64,000 nucleotides of DNA. Source: Pseudomonas sp. (GTDB lineage: Bacteria; Pseudomonadota; Gammaproteobacteria; Pseudomonadales; Pseudomonadaceae). Both the position numbers and the translations under genes were made by a program. Positions 50,686 to 58,560 of this stretch are shown here, piece by piece; the stretch's first letter is position 1; each line of letters starts with the position of its first letter. Under the pieces are notes generated by a model that worked only from the letters and a program-made list of their open reading frames with translations, searched no databases and was not told the origin of the DNA. The stretch is from the NCBI RefSeq assembly GCF_035277045.1, contig NZ_DATELE010000275.1, positions 30,106 to 94,105 of the forward strand, given 5' to 3'.

Positions 50686-53600
50686 ATGCCGAAGACACCT
50701 CGTCAGCGCCGCCTGTGGTGGCGGCTGTTCTGGCTGATCCTGCTCGTTGGTGCCGTGCTCACGGGCCTGGCGGTGACCGAGGAGGTGCGTTCCTCACGCC
50801 TGCAGTCCCGCGAGTTCAGCCGCTTTGCCGCTACCCTGAGCTACTCGATGCAGCCCGGGCCGAGTGATGCGATCGTGTATCCCGGCGAAGGGCCGTTCGA
50901 CAAGCGCCTGGGCTACAGCTCGCTTGGCGAGTTCCTGCCGCGTCTGCTCAAGCGCGACTACCTGATCAGCGAACAGGTGCAATTCTCGCCCGCGCTGATG
51001 CGCTACACCGATCAGGGCCTGTTCGTGCCCTTCATCGAAAAAGGCCAGGCCGGGCTGTCGATCACCGACTGCCGCGGCGCGCCCTTGTACCAGTACAAAT
51101 ACCCGCAGTACCTGTACCCGGAATTCGCCTCGATCCCGCCGGTGATGGTCCATAGCCTGCTGTTCATCGAGAACCGCGAACTGCTCGACCCCAAGGACCC
51201 GCAGAGCAACCCCGCGGTCGACTGGCCGCGCTTCGCCAAGGCCGCCTACAGCCAGGTCGCCAAGTACTTCGCGCTACCCGGCCAGTCGGCCGGCGGCAGC
51301 ACCCTGGCCACCCAGCTTGAAAAATACCGCCACTCACCGGACGGCCTCACCGTGTCGGGCGCCGAGAAGATCCGCCAGATGATTTCGGCCAGCGTGCGCG
51401 CCTACCAGGGCGGCCCGGACACGCTGGAGGCCCGCCAGCGCATCGTGCGTGACTACCTCAACAGCGTGCCGCTGTCGGCCGTGCCCGGCCACGGTGAGGT
51501 CCACGGCATGGCCGAGGGGCTGCGTGTGTGGTACGGCGCGGACTTCGACCAGGTCAACCAGGCGCTGGCCTCGACCGCCACCGACAAGGACAGCCTGGCT
51601 GCCCGCGGCCTCGCGCTGCGCCAGGTGCTGTCGCTGATGATCGCCCAGCGCCGCCCATCGCACTACCTGTCCAAGGGCCGCACCGAGCTGGCGCTGCTGA
51701 CCGACAGTCATGTCCGCGTGCTGGCCGCCAACAACGTGATCGACCGCCCGCTGGCCGACGCCGCGCTGGCCAGCAAAGCCGTGTTCCGCGACTGGGTGGC
51801 GCAGCCGACCATCCAGCCAATCATCACCAACAAGGGCATCAGCCTGGCGCGCAACCGCCTGGCGGCCATGCTCAATCGCCCGCTATACGACCTCGACCGT
51901 CTCGATCTGTCGGCGACCAGCACCCTGCAGGGCGATCTGCAGATGCAGGTCAGCCAGTACCTGAAGAACCTCTCCGACCCAGCCTATGCCGCCGAGGTGG
52001 GGCTGATCGGCGAGCGGCTGCTCACCCCCAGGACCACCGACCAGGTGCGCTACAGCTTCACCCTGTTCGAGCGTACCGCCGACGGCTCTCGGGTGCGGGT
52101 GCAGACCGACAGCACCGACCAGCCGTTCGACATCAACGAAGGCAGCAAGCTGGAACTGGGCTCGACGGCCAAGCTGCGGGTGCTGACCACCTACCTGGAG
52201 ATCGTCGCCGAGCTGCACCAGCAATACGCCGGCAAGCCTGTCGCGGAACTGAAGAAGGTCGAGGTTGCGGAGCTGGACTTCATCAGCCGCTGGTCGCTGG
52301 ACTGGCTCATGCAGAACAAGCAGCGGGACCTCGCCGCGATGCTCGATGCAGCGCTCGAGCGCAAGTATTCGGCAAGCCCCGGCGAGTCGTTCTTCACCGG
52401 CGGCGGCATGCACTCGTTCAACAACTTCCGCAAGGAAGACAACGGCCGCATCCCGACCCTCAAGGAAGCCCTGCGCGAATCGATCAACCTGCCGTTCATC
52501 CGCCTGATGCGCGATGTGGTGCGCTATGTCACCTACCAGTCTCCGTTCAACCGCGAGCCATTGCTCAAGGACGACGCCGACCCGCGCCGCCAGGAATACC
52601 TGGCCCGCTTCGCCGATCGCGAAGGCACCAACTACCTGATGCGCTTCTGGAAGAAGTACCAGCGCAAGACTTCGCAGCAGCGCCTGGACACCTTCCTCGA
52701 CAGCATGCGCGTCACCCCCCAGCGCTTGGCCGCGGTGCACCGCTACCTGTTCCCCGAGGCCAGCCAGGAAATCTTCAACGCCTTCGTGCGGGCCCACCTT
52801 GGCAAAGGCTCCCCCGCGGCGGCCAAGCTCACCGACACGCGCCTGGTGGAAATGTACGGCAGCTACGGTCCTGGCAAGTACGACCTGCCTGACCAGGGCT
52901 ATATCGCCAAGGTCCATCCGCTGGACCTGTGGCTGCTGGGCTATCTGCTGAAAAACCCCAGCGCCCAGCTCAAGGACGCGGTCAGCGCCAGTCACTTCGA
53001 GCGCCAGGAAGTCTACGGCTGGCTGTTCAAGAGCCGCCACAAGGGCGCGCGCGACAGCCGCGTGCGCACCATGGTGGAGATCGAGGCGTTCCTGGACATC
53101 CACCAGCGCTGGAAGCGCGTGGGCTATCCCTTCGATCACCTGGTGCCATCGCTGGCAACCGCCATCGGCAGCTCGGGTGACCGGCCTGCGGCCTTGTCGG
53201 AGCTGGTCGGCATCATCCAGAACGACGGCGTCCGCCTGCCCACCCTGCGTATCGACACCCTGCATTTCGCCGCCGATACGCCTTACGAGACACGCCTGGT
53301 CAGCGACCCGGACCGGGGCCAGCGAATTCTCCCGGTCGAGGTGGCCCAGGCCCTGCGCGGGGCGCTTTCGCAGGTGGTCGACGCGGGGACCGCGCGGCGC
53401 GTCTCGGGCAGTTTCAAGCTGCAGGACGGCACCTCGCTGGTGATGGGTGGCAAGACCGGGACCGGGGACAACCGCATCGAGAGCTTCGGCGCCGGCGGAC
53501 GCCTGATCGGCTCGCGCTCGCTGAACCGCACCGCGACCTTCGTGTTCTTCCTCGGCGACAACCACTTCGGCACGCTCACCGCCTTTGTCCCAGGGCGCGC

Positions 53601-53730
53601 GGCCGAGACGTTCAAGTTCACCTCGGCCCTGCCTGTGCAGGTGCTCAAGGGCATGGCGCCGATCCTCATGCCCTACCTGGAGCCCGGCAGCGCAACCCAA
53701 TGCACGGCCCCGCAGGTAGCGGCGCATTGA
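50686..53730 (+). CDS. Atypical class-A penicillin-binding-protein-like protein (GT51-like transglycosylase plus transpeptidase-like motifs)
   Basis: N-terminal TM segment (LWWRLFWLILLVGAVLTGLAV). GT51-like motifs FIENRELL and GGSTLATQ. Transpeptidase-like motifs STAK (SxxK), SIN (SxN) and KTGT, in canonical order. The start is set at 50686 because codons between 50599 and 50685 are A/T-rich at the third position. Confidence 0.7.
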   Translation: MPKTPRQRRLWWRLFWLILLVGAVLTGLAVTEEVRSSRLQSREFSRFAATLSYSMQPGPSDAIVYPGEGPFDKRLGYSSLGEFLPRLLKRDYLISEQVQFSPALMRYTDQGLFVPFIEKGQAGLSITDCRGAPLYQYKYPQYLYPEFASIPPVMVHSLLFIENRELLDPKDPQSNPAVDWPRFAKAAYSQVAKYFALPGQSAGGSTLATQLEKYRHSPDGLTVSGAEKIRQMISASVRAYQGGPDTLEARQRIVRDYLNSVPLSAVPGHGEVHGMAEGLRVWYGADFDQVNQALASTATDKDSLAARGLALRQVLSLMIAQRRPSHYLSKGRTELALLTDSHVRVLAANNVIDRPLADAALASKAVFRDWVAQPTIQPIITNKGISLARNRLAAMLNRPLYDLDRLDLSATSTLQGDLQMQVSQYLKNLSDPAYAAEVGLIGERLLTPRTTDQVRYSFTLFERTADGSRVRVQTDSTDQPFDINEGSKLELGSTAKLRVLTTYLEIVAELHQQYAGKPVAELKKVEVAELDFISRWSLDWLMQNKQRDLAAMLDAALERKYSASPGESFFTGGGMHSFNNFRKEDNGRIPTLKEALRESINLPFIRLMRDVVRYVTYQSPFNREPLLKDDADPRRQEYLARFADREGTNYLMRFWKKYQRKTSQQRLDTFLDSMRVTPQRLAAVHRYLFPEASQEIFNAFVRAHLGKGSPAAAKLTDTRLVEMYGSYGPGKYDLPDQGYIAKVHPLDLWLLGYLLKNPSAQLKDAVSASHFERQEVYGWLFKSRHKGARDSRVRTMVEIEAFLDIHQRWKRVGYPFDHLVPSLATAIGSSGDRPAALSELVGIIQNDGVRLPTLRIDTLHFAADTPYETRLVSDPDRGQRILPVEVAQALRGALSQVVDAGTARRVSGSFKLQDGTSLVMGGKTGTGDNRIESFGAGGRLIGSRSLNRTATFVFFLGDNHFGTLTAFVPGRAAETFKFTSALPVQVLKGMAPILMPYLEPGSATQCTAPQVAAH

Positions 53731-53754
53731 CCCGGCGGCGGACCCATCGAATCA

Positions 53755-53779
53755 TTCGATGATAACCATTATCATTTTA
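53755..53779. promoter_or_regulatory. Fur box array upstream of padR and the SIP gene
   Basis: Two overlapping 19-mers, offset by 6 bp, each match GATAATGATAATCATTATC at 14/19 by my count. The core is ATAACCATTATC. Confidence 0.45.
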
Positions 53780-53792
53780 GGGCTTGTCTTGA

Positions 53793-53824
53793 GATATATC
53801 TTGAGTAATATCTTACGATATATC
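53793..53824. promoter_or_regulatory. Twin GATATATC palindromes (24 bp centre to centre) plus ATATCTT repeats; candidate PadR operator
   Basis: Identical 8-bp palindromes at 53793-53800 and 53817-53824, 20 nt upstream of the padR ATG. Confidence 0.35.
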
Positions 53825-53844
53825 GAAACAGACGGAGCACCCTT

Positions 53845-54402
53845 ATGCGCGACCACCCTCCCCCCCATCGCGAGCGCCATGACGCGTTCGAACGTCGCCC
53901 GGTCCGTGGCGAGCGCGGCCCCCGTGTATTCGCCCCCGGCGATCTCAAGCTGCTGCTGCTGGCCATGCTCGCCGAGCAACCTGGGCACGGCTACGACCTG
54001 ATCCGCCAGATCGAGAGCCTGTTCGACGGCAACTACAGCCCGGGTCCCGGCGTCATTTACCCCACCCTGAATTTTCTCGAGGAAGCCGAGTTGATCAGCG
54101 GCGAGGCTCAGGGCAGCAAGCGCCTCTACGTGATCACCGAGGCGGGGCGCCAGTCGCTGACCGACCAGGCCGTCGCGCTGGACGGCGTGCGCATGCGCAT
54201 TGAGGTCAGCAAGCGCGCCCTGCGCGGCCATGACCGTCCGCCCGAGATCCATGAGGCGGTCGGCAACCTGCGCCACGCCCTGCACATGCACAGCGGCCGC
54301 TGGAGCCGCGAGGAAATCGACCGGGTCCGCGACCTGCTCAACGAGACCGCCAAGGCCATCGCCGACCGGCCCGCCCCATCCGTCCAGGAGAACGATCAAT
54401 GA
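53845..54402 (+). CDS. PadR-family transcriptional regulator
   Basis: Winged-helix signature LLLLAMLAEQPGHGYDLIRQIE. GGAG RBS. Confidence 0.85.
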   Translation: MRDHPPPHRERHDAFERRPVRGERGPRVFAPGDLKLLLLAMLAEQPGHGYDLIRQIESLFDGNYSPGPGVIYPTLNFLEEAELISGEAQGSKRLYVITEAGRQSLTDQAVALDGVRMRIEVSKRALRGHDRPPEIHEAVGNLRHALHMHSGRWSREEIDRVRDLLNETAKAIADRPAPSVQENDQ

Positions 54403-55169
54403 CCGACCACACCCCCGTCATTCACCGCGTCAACCATGAGATCAAGCAGCGCCGCCTTGAGGTGCTGCGCGTCATCGAGCTCACCCCGCGCATGCGCCGC
54501 ATCACCCTCGGCGGGCCCGAGCTTGCCGGCTTCAACAGCCTGGGCAGCGACGATCACGTCAAGCTGCTGTTCGGCTGCACGCCAGAAGAGCAGCAGACCA
54601 TCGACCAACGCAGCATGGGCCGTGACGGCGGCGCCCGTCCGACCATGCGCGAATACACACCGCGCCGCATCGACCTGGACGCGAGCGAAATGGACATCGA
54701 CTTCGTCCTGCACGGCGATGGCCCTGCCTCGACCTGGGCCGAACAGGCAGCGCCGGGTCAGGTGCTGAACATTGCCGGTCCGCGCGCGTCGCTGGTGGTG
54801 CCGGACATCTTCGACAGCTACCTGCTGATCGGCGACGAAACGGCGATCCCGGCGATCGCCCGGCGCCTGGAAGCACTGCCCGCAGGCCGCAATGTCCTGG
54901 CGGTTATCGAGATCGAGGATGAGCAGGAGCGCCAGCCGCTCAACAGCCTGGCCAACGTCGAGGTGATCTGGGTGCAGCGCCACCGCCAGGCGCTGCTGGC
55001 GGTGCTCGAAGACCTGGCCCTGCCCGAGGGCACGCTGTACAGCTGGATTGCTCTGGAAAAAAGCCTGACCCGCCAAGCCAAAGCCTTGCTGCTGGGCAAA
55101 GGCGTCAGCGAAGAGGCGCTCAAGGCGGCCGCTTACTGGCGCCTGGACAGCAGTGACGAAGACGCGTGA
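54399..55169 (+). CDS. Siderophore-interacting protein (FAD-binding ferric-siderophore reductase family)
   Basis: RxYT FAD motif (MREYTPRR) and SIP-like organisation. ATGA overlap with padR. Confidence 0.85.
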   Translation: MTDHTPVIHRVNHEIKQRRLEVLRVIELTPRMRRITLGGPELAGFNSLGSDDHVKLLFGCTPEEQQTIDQRSMGRDGGARPTMREYTPRRIDLDASEMDIDFVLHGDGPASTWAEQAAPGQVLNIAGPRASLVVPDIFDSYLLIGDETAIPAIARRLEALPAGRNVLAVIEIEDEQERQPLNSLANVEVIWVQRHRQALLAVLEDLALPEGTLYSWIALEKSLTRQAKALLLGKGVSEEALKAAAYWRLDSSDEDA

Positions 55170-55175
55170 TGCCCG

Positions 55176-55826
55176 TCAGGGCCGCGCCTGGGCCAACGCC
55201 TGGCGTCGGCCTTGCCAGCGGTCCAGGCCCAGCACCAGCAGGCCGATGGCCCAGAACCCGGCCAGCACGCCCATGGCATTGAGCGTCGCCTGCCCATATC
55301 CGAGCGCGGCGACATCGATGAAGGGATAGGGATACACCCCGATCACGTGCCCGCGCCACAGCGCGAAGGCAAAATACCCGGCCGGGTACAACGCCCAGGC
55401 CAGCACATGCCACACGCGCAGGTTGCCTTTCGGCACGCAGCGCCACCAGTACAGGACGAACAGCAGCGGCATGACATCGTGCAGCAGCTCGTCCGCCAGC
55501 CGCTGCCAGCCCTCGGGATGCCAGAGATGGCGCAGCAACAGGCTATAGGCTAGCGCCACCAGGACAATGCTGGTCGCCACCGCCGAACTGACCGGCGCCG
55601 ACAGGAACCACCGCCGGGCGCGTCCCTCTCGGCCAAACGCCGCGTAGCTCAACACGGTGGCCGCCAAGGTATTGCTCAGCACCGTGAAATAACTGAACAC
55701 GTTCACCAGGCCCCCAATCAGGCTGGCCTGCTCCTGCCAACGCATCAGCAATACCAGGTACAGCTGCACGGCGAGCCCGCCCCAGCCCAGCACCGCGGCC
55801 AGGGTCAGCCAGGGACGGCGCGGCAT
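55176..55826 (-). CDS. Pr6Pr-family (FAR-17a/AIG1-like) integral membrane protein
   Basis: 216 aa with six hydrophobic helices. The sequence resembles proteins carrying this family name (from memory). Confidence 0.65.
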   Translation of the reverse strand: MPRRPWLTLAAVLGWGGLAVQLYLVLLMRWQEQASLIGGLVNVFSYFTVLSNTLAATVLSYAAFGREGRARRWFLSAPVSSAVATSIVLVALAYSLLLRHLWHPEGWQRLADELLHDVMPLLFVLYWWRCVPKGNLRVWHVLAWALYPAGYFAFALWRGHVIGVYPYPFIDVAALGYGQATLNAMGVLAGFWAIGLLVLGLDRWQGRRQALAQARP

Positions 55827-56048
55827 TCAGCCAGACCGCTGCAGCTTCACGTACAGCTGCTCGACCTTTTCCCGCGCCCAGGGCGTCTTGCGCAGGAAGG
55901 TCAGGCTCGACTTGATGCTCGGGTCGCTCTTGAAGCAGCGGATATCGATGCGCTCGGCCAGGCCCTGCCACTGGTAGTGGGCCACCAGCGCGGTAAGGAT
56001 CTGCTCCAGGGTCACGCCATGCAGCGCATTGTGTTGACCGGTGCTCAT
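55827..56048 (-). CDS. VF530/DUF2132-family small putative DNA-binding protein
   Basis: 73 aa. [31 protein letters not shown] and [18 protein letters not shown] are typical of this family (from memory). Confidence 0.65.
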   Translation of the reverse strand: MSTGQHNALHGVTLEQILTALVAHYQWQGLAERIDIRCFKSDPSIKSSLTFLRKTPWAREKVEQLYVKLQRSG

Positions 56049-56233
56049 CGGGGTACTCCCTAGCTGAAAAGCGGCACATTACCAAATCCGGCATTGCTTA
56101 TCCCAGAGATCCATCGACGGTGTGGGAGATTGCATGGCGCATGGCGACTTCTGGGGAAGCAACTGTCTTTGTCCCTCCTCCTCCCTTTGAGTCTAACCAT
56201 ACAAGCAGGCCTTGTGTCGCGACCGGCGAATTT

Positions 56234-56252
56234 AATGTTATGTTATAACAAC
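56234..56252. promoter_or_regulatory. Zur box upstream of the TonB-dependent receptor
   Basis: AATGTTATGTTATAACAAC against the gamma-proteobacterial Zur consensus AATGTTATA-N-TATAACATT. The core ATGTTATG-T-TATAACAA has 2 mismatches in 17. It contains the perfect 10-bp palindrome TGTTATAACA. Confidence 0.6.
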
Positions 56253-56284
56253 AACATCAGCATCGCCAAGGAAGCTCCCCGCTC

Positions 56285-58330
56285 ATGCGCACCACGCCCC
56301 ACCACCTTTCACCGCTGGCCATCGCCCTCTGGCTGGCCGCCTCACCCAGCCACGCCGTGGAACTGCAGCCCCAGGTCATCACCGCCAACCCCCTGGGCGC
56401 CAGCCAGCTGGCGGCGCCCACCACCGTGCTCGAAGGCGACGACCTGCTGCGCAACCAGCAGGGCAGTCTCGGTGAAACCCTCAACAAACAGCCCGGAGTC
56501 GCCTCGACCTGGTTCGGCCCCGGCGCAAGCCGTCCGGTGATTCGCGGGCTGGACGGCGACCGCATCCGCATCCTGCGCAATGGCGTTGGCGCCCTTGACG
56601 CCTCTTCATTGTCCTACGACCACGCCGTGCCGCTGGACCCGGCCACCGTCGAGCGCATCGAAATCGTCCGGGGGCCGGCCGCGCTGCTCTATGGCGGCAA
56701 TGCGATCGGTGGGGTAGTCAACAGCTTCGACAACCGCATCCCCACCTCGCCCATCGAGGGCATTCATGGCGCGGGCGAGCTGCGCTACGGCGGCGCGGAC
56801 ACTACCCGCAGCAGCGCGGGCAAGCTTGAAGCCGGCGACGGCAGCTTCGCGCTGCACCTGGACGCCAATAGCCGTCAGTTCAACGACCTGCGCATTCCCG
56901 GTCACGCACGCAGCTCGAAGGTCCGTGACGCCGACGAGCCAGGCAGCCGCCATCGCCTGGAGAACAGCGACGGGCGCCAGGACGGCGGCGCCGTGGGCGG
57001 TTCGTACCAGTGGGAGCATGGCTACGCGGGCCTGTCCTACAGCCGCTACGACAGCAACTACGGCTCGGTCGCTGAACCCGGCGTGCGCCTGGACATGCAG
57101 CAAGACCACTACGCCTTCGCCTCGGAACTGCGCGACCTTGCAGGCCCCTTCAGCTCGGTCAAATTCGATGCCGGCTACACCGACTACGAGCACCGCGAGA
57201 TCGAAGGCGGCGAGGTGCACACCACCTTCCGCAACAAGGGCTACGAGGCGCGTGTCGAGGCGCGGCACCAGCCACTGGGGCCCGTGGAGGGGGTGATCGG
57301 GGCGCAGGTGAACCGCAACGAATTCTCCGCGCTGGGCGAGGAAGCCTTCGTTCCGCAGACCGATACCAACAGCCTGGCGCTGTTCATGCTTGAGCAGTGG
57401 CAGGCCAGTGAACGCCTGAACCTGAGCCTGGGCGCGCGCTTGGAGCACACCCGGGTCGAGCCGGATGCCAAGGGCGACGAACGCTTCGCCGCTGCCGACA
57501 GCACCAGCAGCTTTACCGCCGCCAGCCTGTCGTCAGGCGCGGTGTACCAGCTCACGCCGGTCTGGTCGCTGGCCGCGAGCCTTGGCTACACCGAGCGCGC
57601 ACCGACCTTCTACGAGCTGTATGCCAACGGCGCGCACGTCGCCACCGGGGCCTACGAGGTCGGCGACGCCGACCTGAACAAGGAAAAAGCCCTCTCCGGC
57701 GACCTGGCGCTGCGCTTTGACAACGGCACGCACAAAGGCAGCGTTGGCGTGTTCTACAGCCATTTCCGCAACTACATCGGCCTGATCGGCAGCGGCAACC
57801 TGCGTGAAGGCCATGATCATGGCGATGAAGACCACGACCACGACCATGATCATGACGACGGCGGTATCCCCGAATACCTCTACCAGGGCGTGCGTGCCCG
57901 CTTCTATGGCGTCGAGGCACAGGACCGCTGGCAACTCGTGGAAAACCGCTATGGCCGCTTTGCCCTGGAACTCTCTGGCGACTACACCCGCGCGAAAAAC
58001 CTCGACACCGGCGAAGACCTGCCGCGCATCGCACCGCTGCGTCTGAACAGCGGCCTGGTCTGGGACCTGGACCGCTGGCAGGCGCGCGTCGACGTGCAGC
58101 ACGCGGCGGCCCAGCGCCGCAAGCCGGCCAATGAAACCCGCACCGATGGCTACACCACGCTGGGTGCTAGCCTGGGGTACCGCTTCGACATTGGCCAGAG
58201 CGAGTGGCTGGCGTTCGTGCGAGGTGAGAACCTGACCGATCAGACCGTCCGCTACGCCAGCTCCATTCTGCGGGATATCGCGCCCGCACCGGGACGCAGC
58301 GTCGAAGTCGGCCTGCGCACGACCTTCTAA
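56285..58330 (+). CDS. znuD: TonB-dependent outer-membrane receptor, ZnuD-like (zinc-regulated)
   Basis: Signal peptide, plug domain, C-terminal beta-barrel ending in F, a His/Asp-rich loop EGHDHGDEDHDHDHDHDDGG, and a Zur box upstream. Confidence 0.8.
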   Translation: MRTTPHHLSPLAIALWLAASPSHAVELQPQVITANPLGASQLAAPTTVLEGDDLLRNQQGSLGETLNKQPGVASTWFGPGASRPVIRGLDGDRIRILRNGVGALDASSLSYDHAVPLDPATVERIEIVRGPAALLYGGNAIGGVVNSFDNRIPTSPIEGIHGAGELRYGGADTTRSSAGKLEAGDGSFALHLDANSRQFNDLRIPGHARSSKVRDADEPGSRHRLENSDGRQDGGAVGGSYQWEHGYAGLSYSRYDSNYGSVAEPGVRLDMQQDHYAFASELRDLAGPFSSVKFDAGYTDYEHREIEGGEVHTTFRNKGYEARVEARHQPLGPVEGVIGAQVNRNEFSALGEEAFVPQTDTNSLALFMLEQWQASERLNLSLGARLEHTRVEPDAKGDERFAAADSTSSFTAASLSSGAVYQLTPVWSLAASLGYTERAPTFYELYANGAHVATGAYEVGDADLNKEKALSGDLALRFDNGTHKGSVGVFYSHFRNYIGLIGSGNLREGHDHGDEDHDHDHDHDDGGIPEYLYQGVRARFYGVEAQDRWQLVENRYGRFALELSGDYTRAKNLDTGEDLPRIAPLRLNSGLVWDLDRWQARVDVQHAAAQRRKPANETRTDGYTTLGASLGYRFDIGQSEWLAFVRGENLTDQTVRYASSILRDIAPAPGRSVEVGLRTTF

Positions 58331-58369
58331 GGGTCGACACCGGCCTGCAAACGGCTCTTCAGGCGCCCC

Positions 58370-58397
58370 GTTGCCGGATTGTTACCGATCCGGCAAC
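58370..58397 (+). terminator. Hairpin after the receptor gene (9-bp stem GTTGCCGGA/TCCGGCAAC)
   Basis: It lies 40 nt after the stop. A T-rich run follows only about 30 nt later. Confidence 0.35.
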
Positions 58398-58545
58398 GAT
58401 CCCCTGCGACAATTTGTCTTTTTTTCTTTGTATTTCAACGATATCCTGCCGTCGCCAGCTGAACCGATTCAGTCTGCACTCCCCCTCGACATCACCATTG
58501 AAGGACACCGTTCTTCAATGCGCTGCCGTTTTTTCGATTATCAGA

Positions 58546-58559
58546 AGATAGCGCTATCT
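58546..58559. promoter_or_regulatory. Perfect 14-bp palindrome AGATAGCGCTATCT abutting the oprB start codon
   Basis: Read directly from the sequence; it ends 1 nt before the ATG at 58561. The AAG-N-TAGCGCT core resembles the Pseudomonas GntR operator as I recall it. Confidence 0.35.
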
Positions 58560-58560
58560 C

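Noticed and set aside
57806-57865. Reiterated GACCAC/GATCAT units that look like a short tandem repeat.
   Set aside because: They are in frame within the TonB receptor and encode the His/Asp loop. This is coding low-complexity sequence, not an intergenic repeat or a CRISPR-like array.
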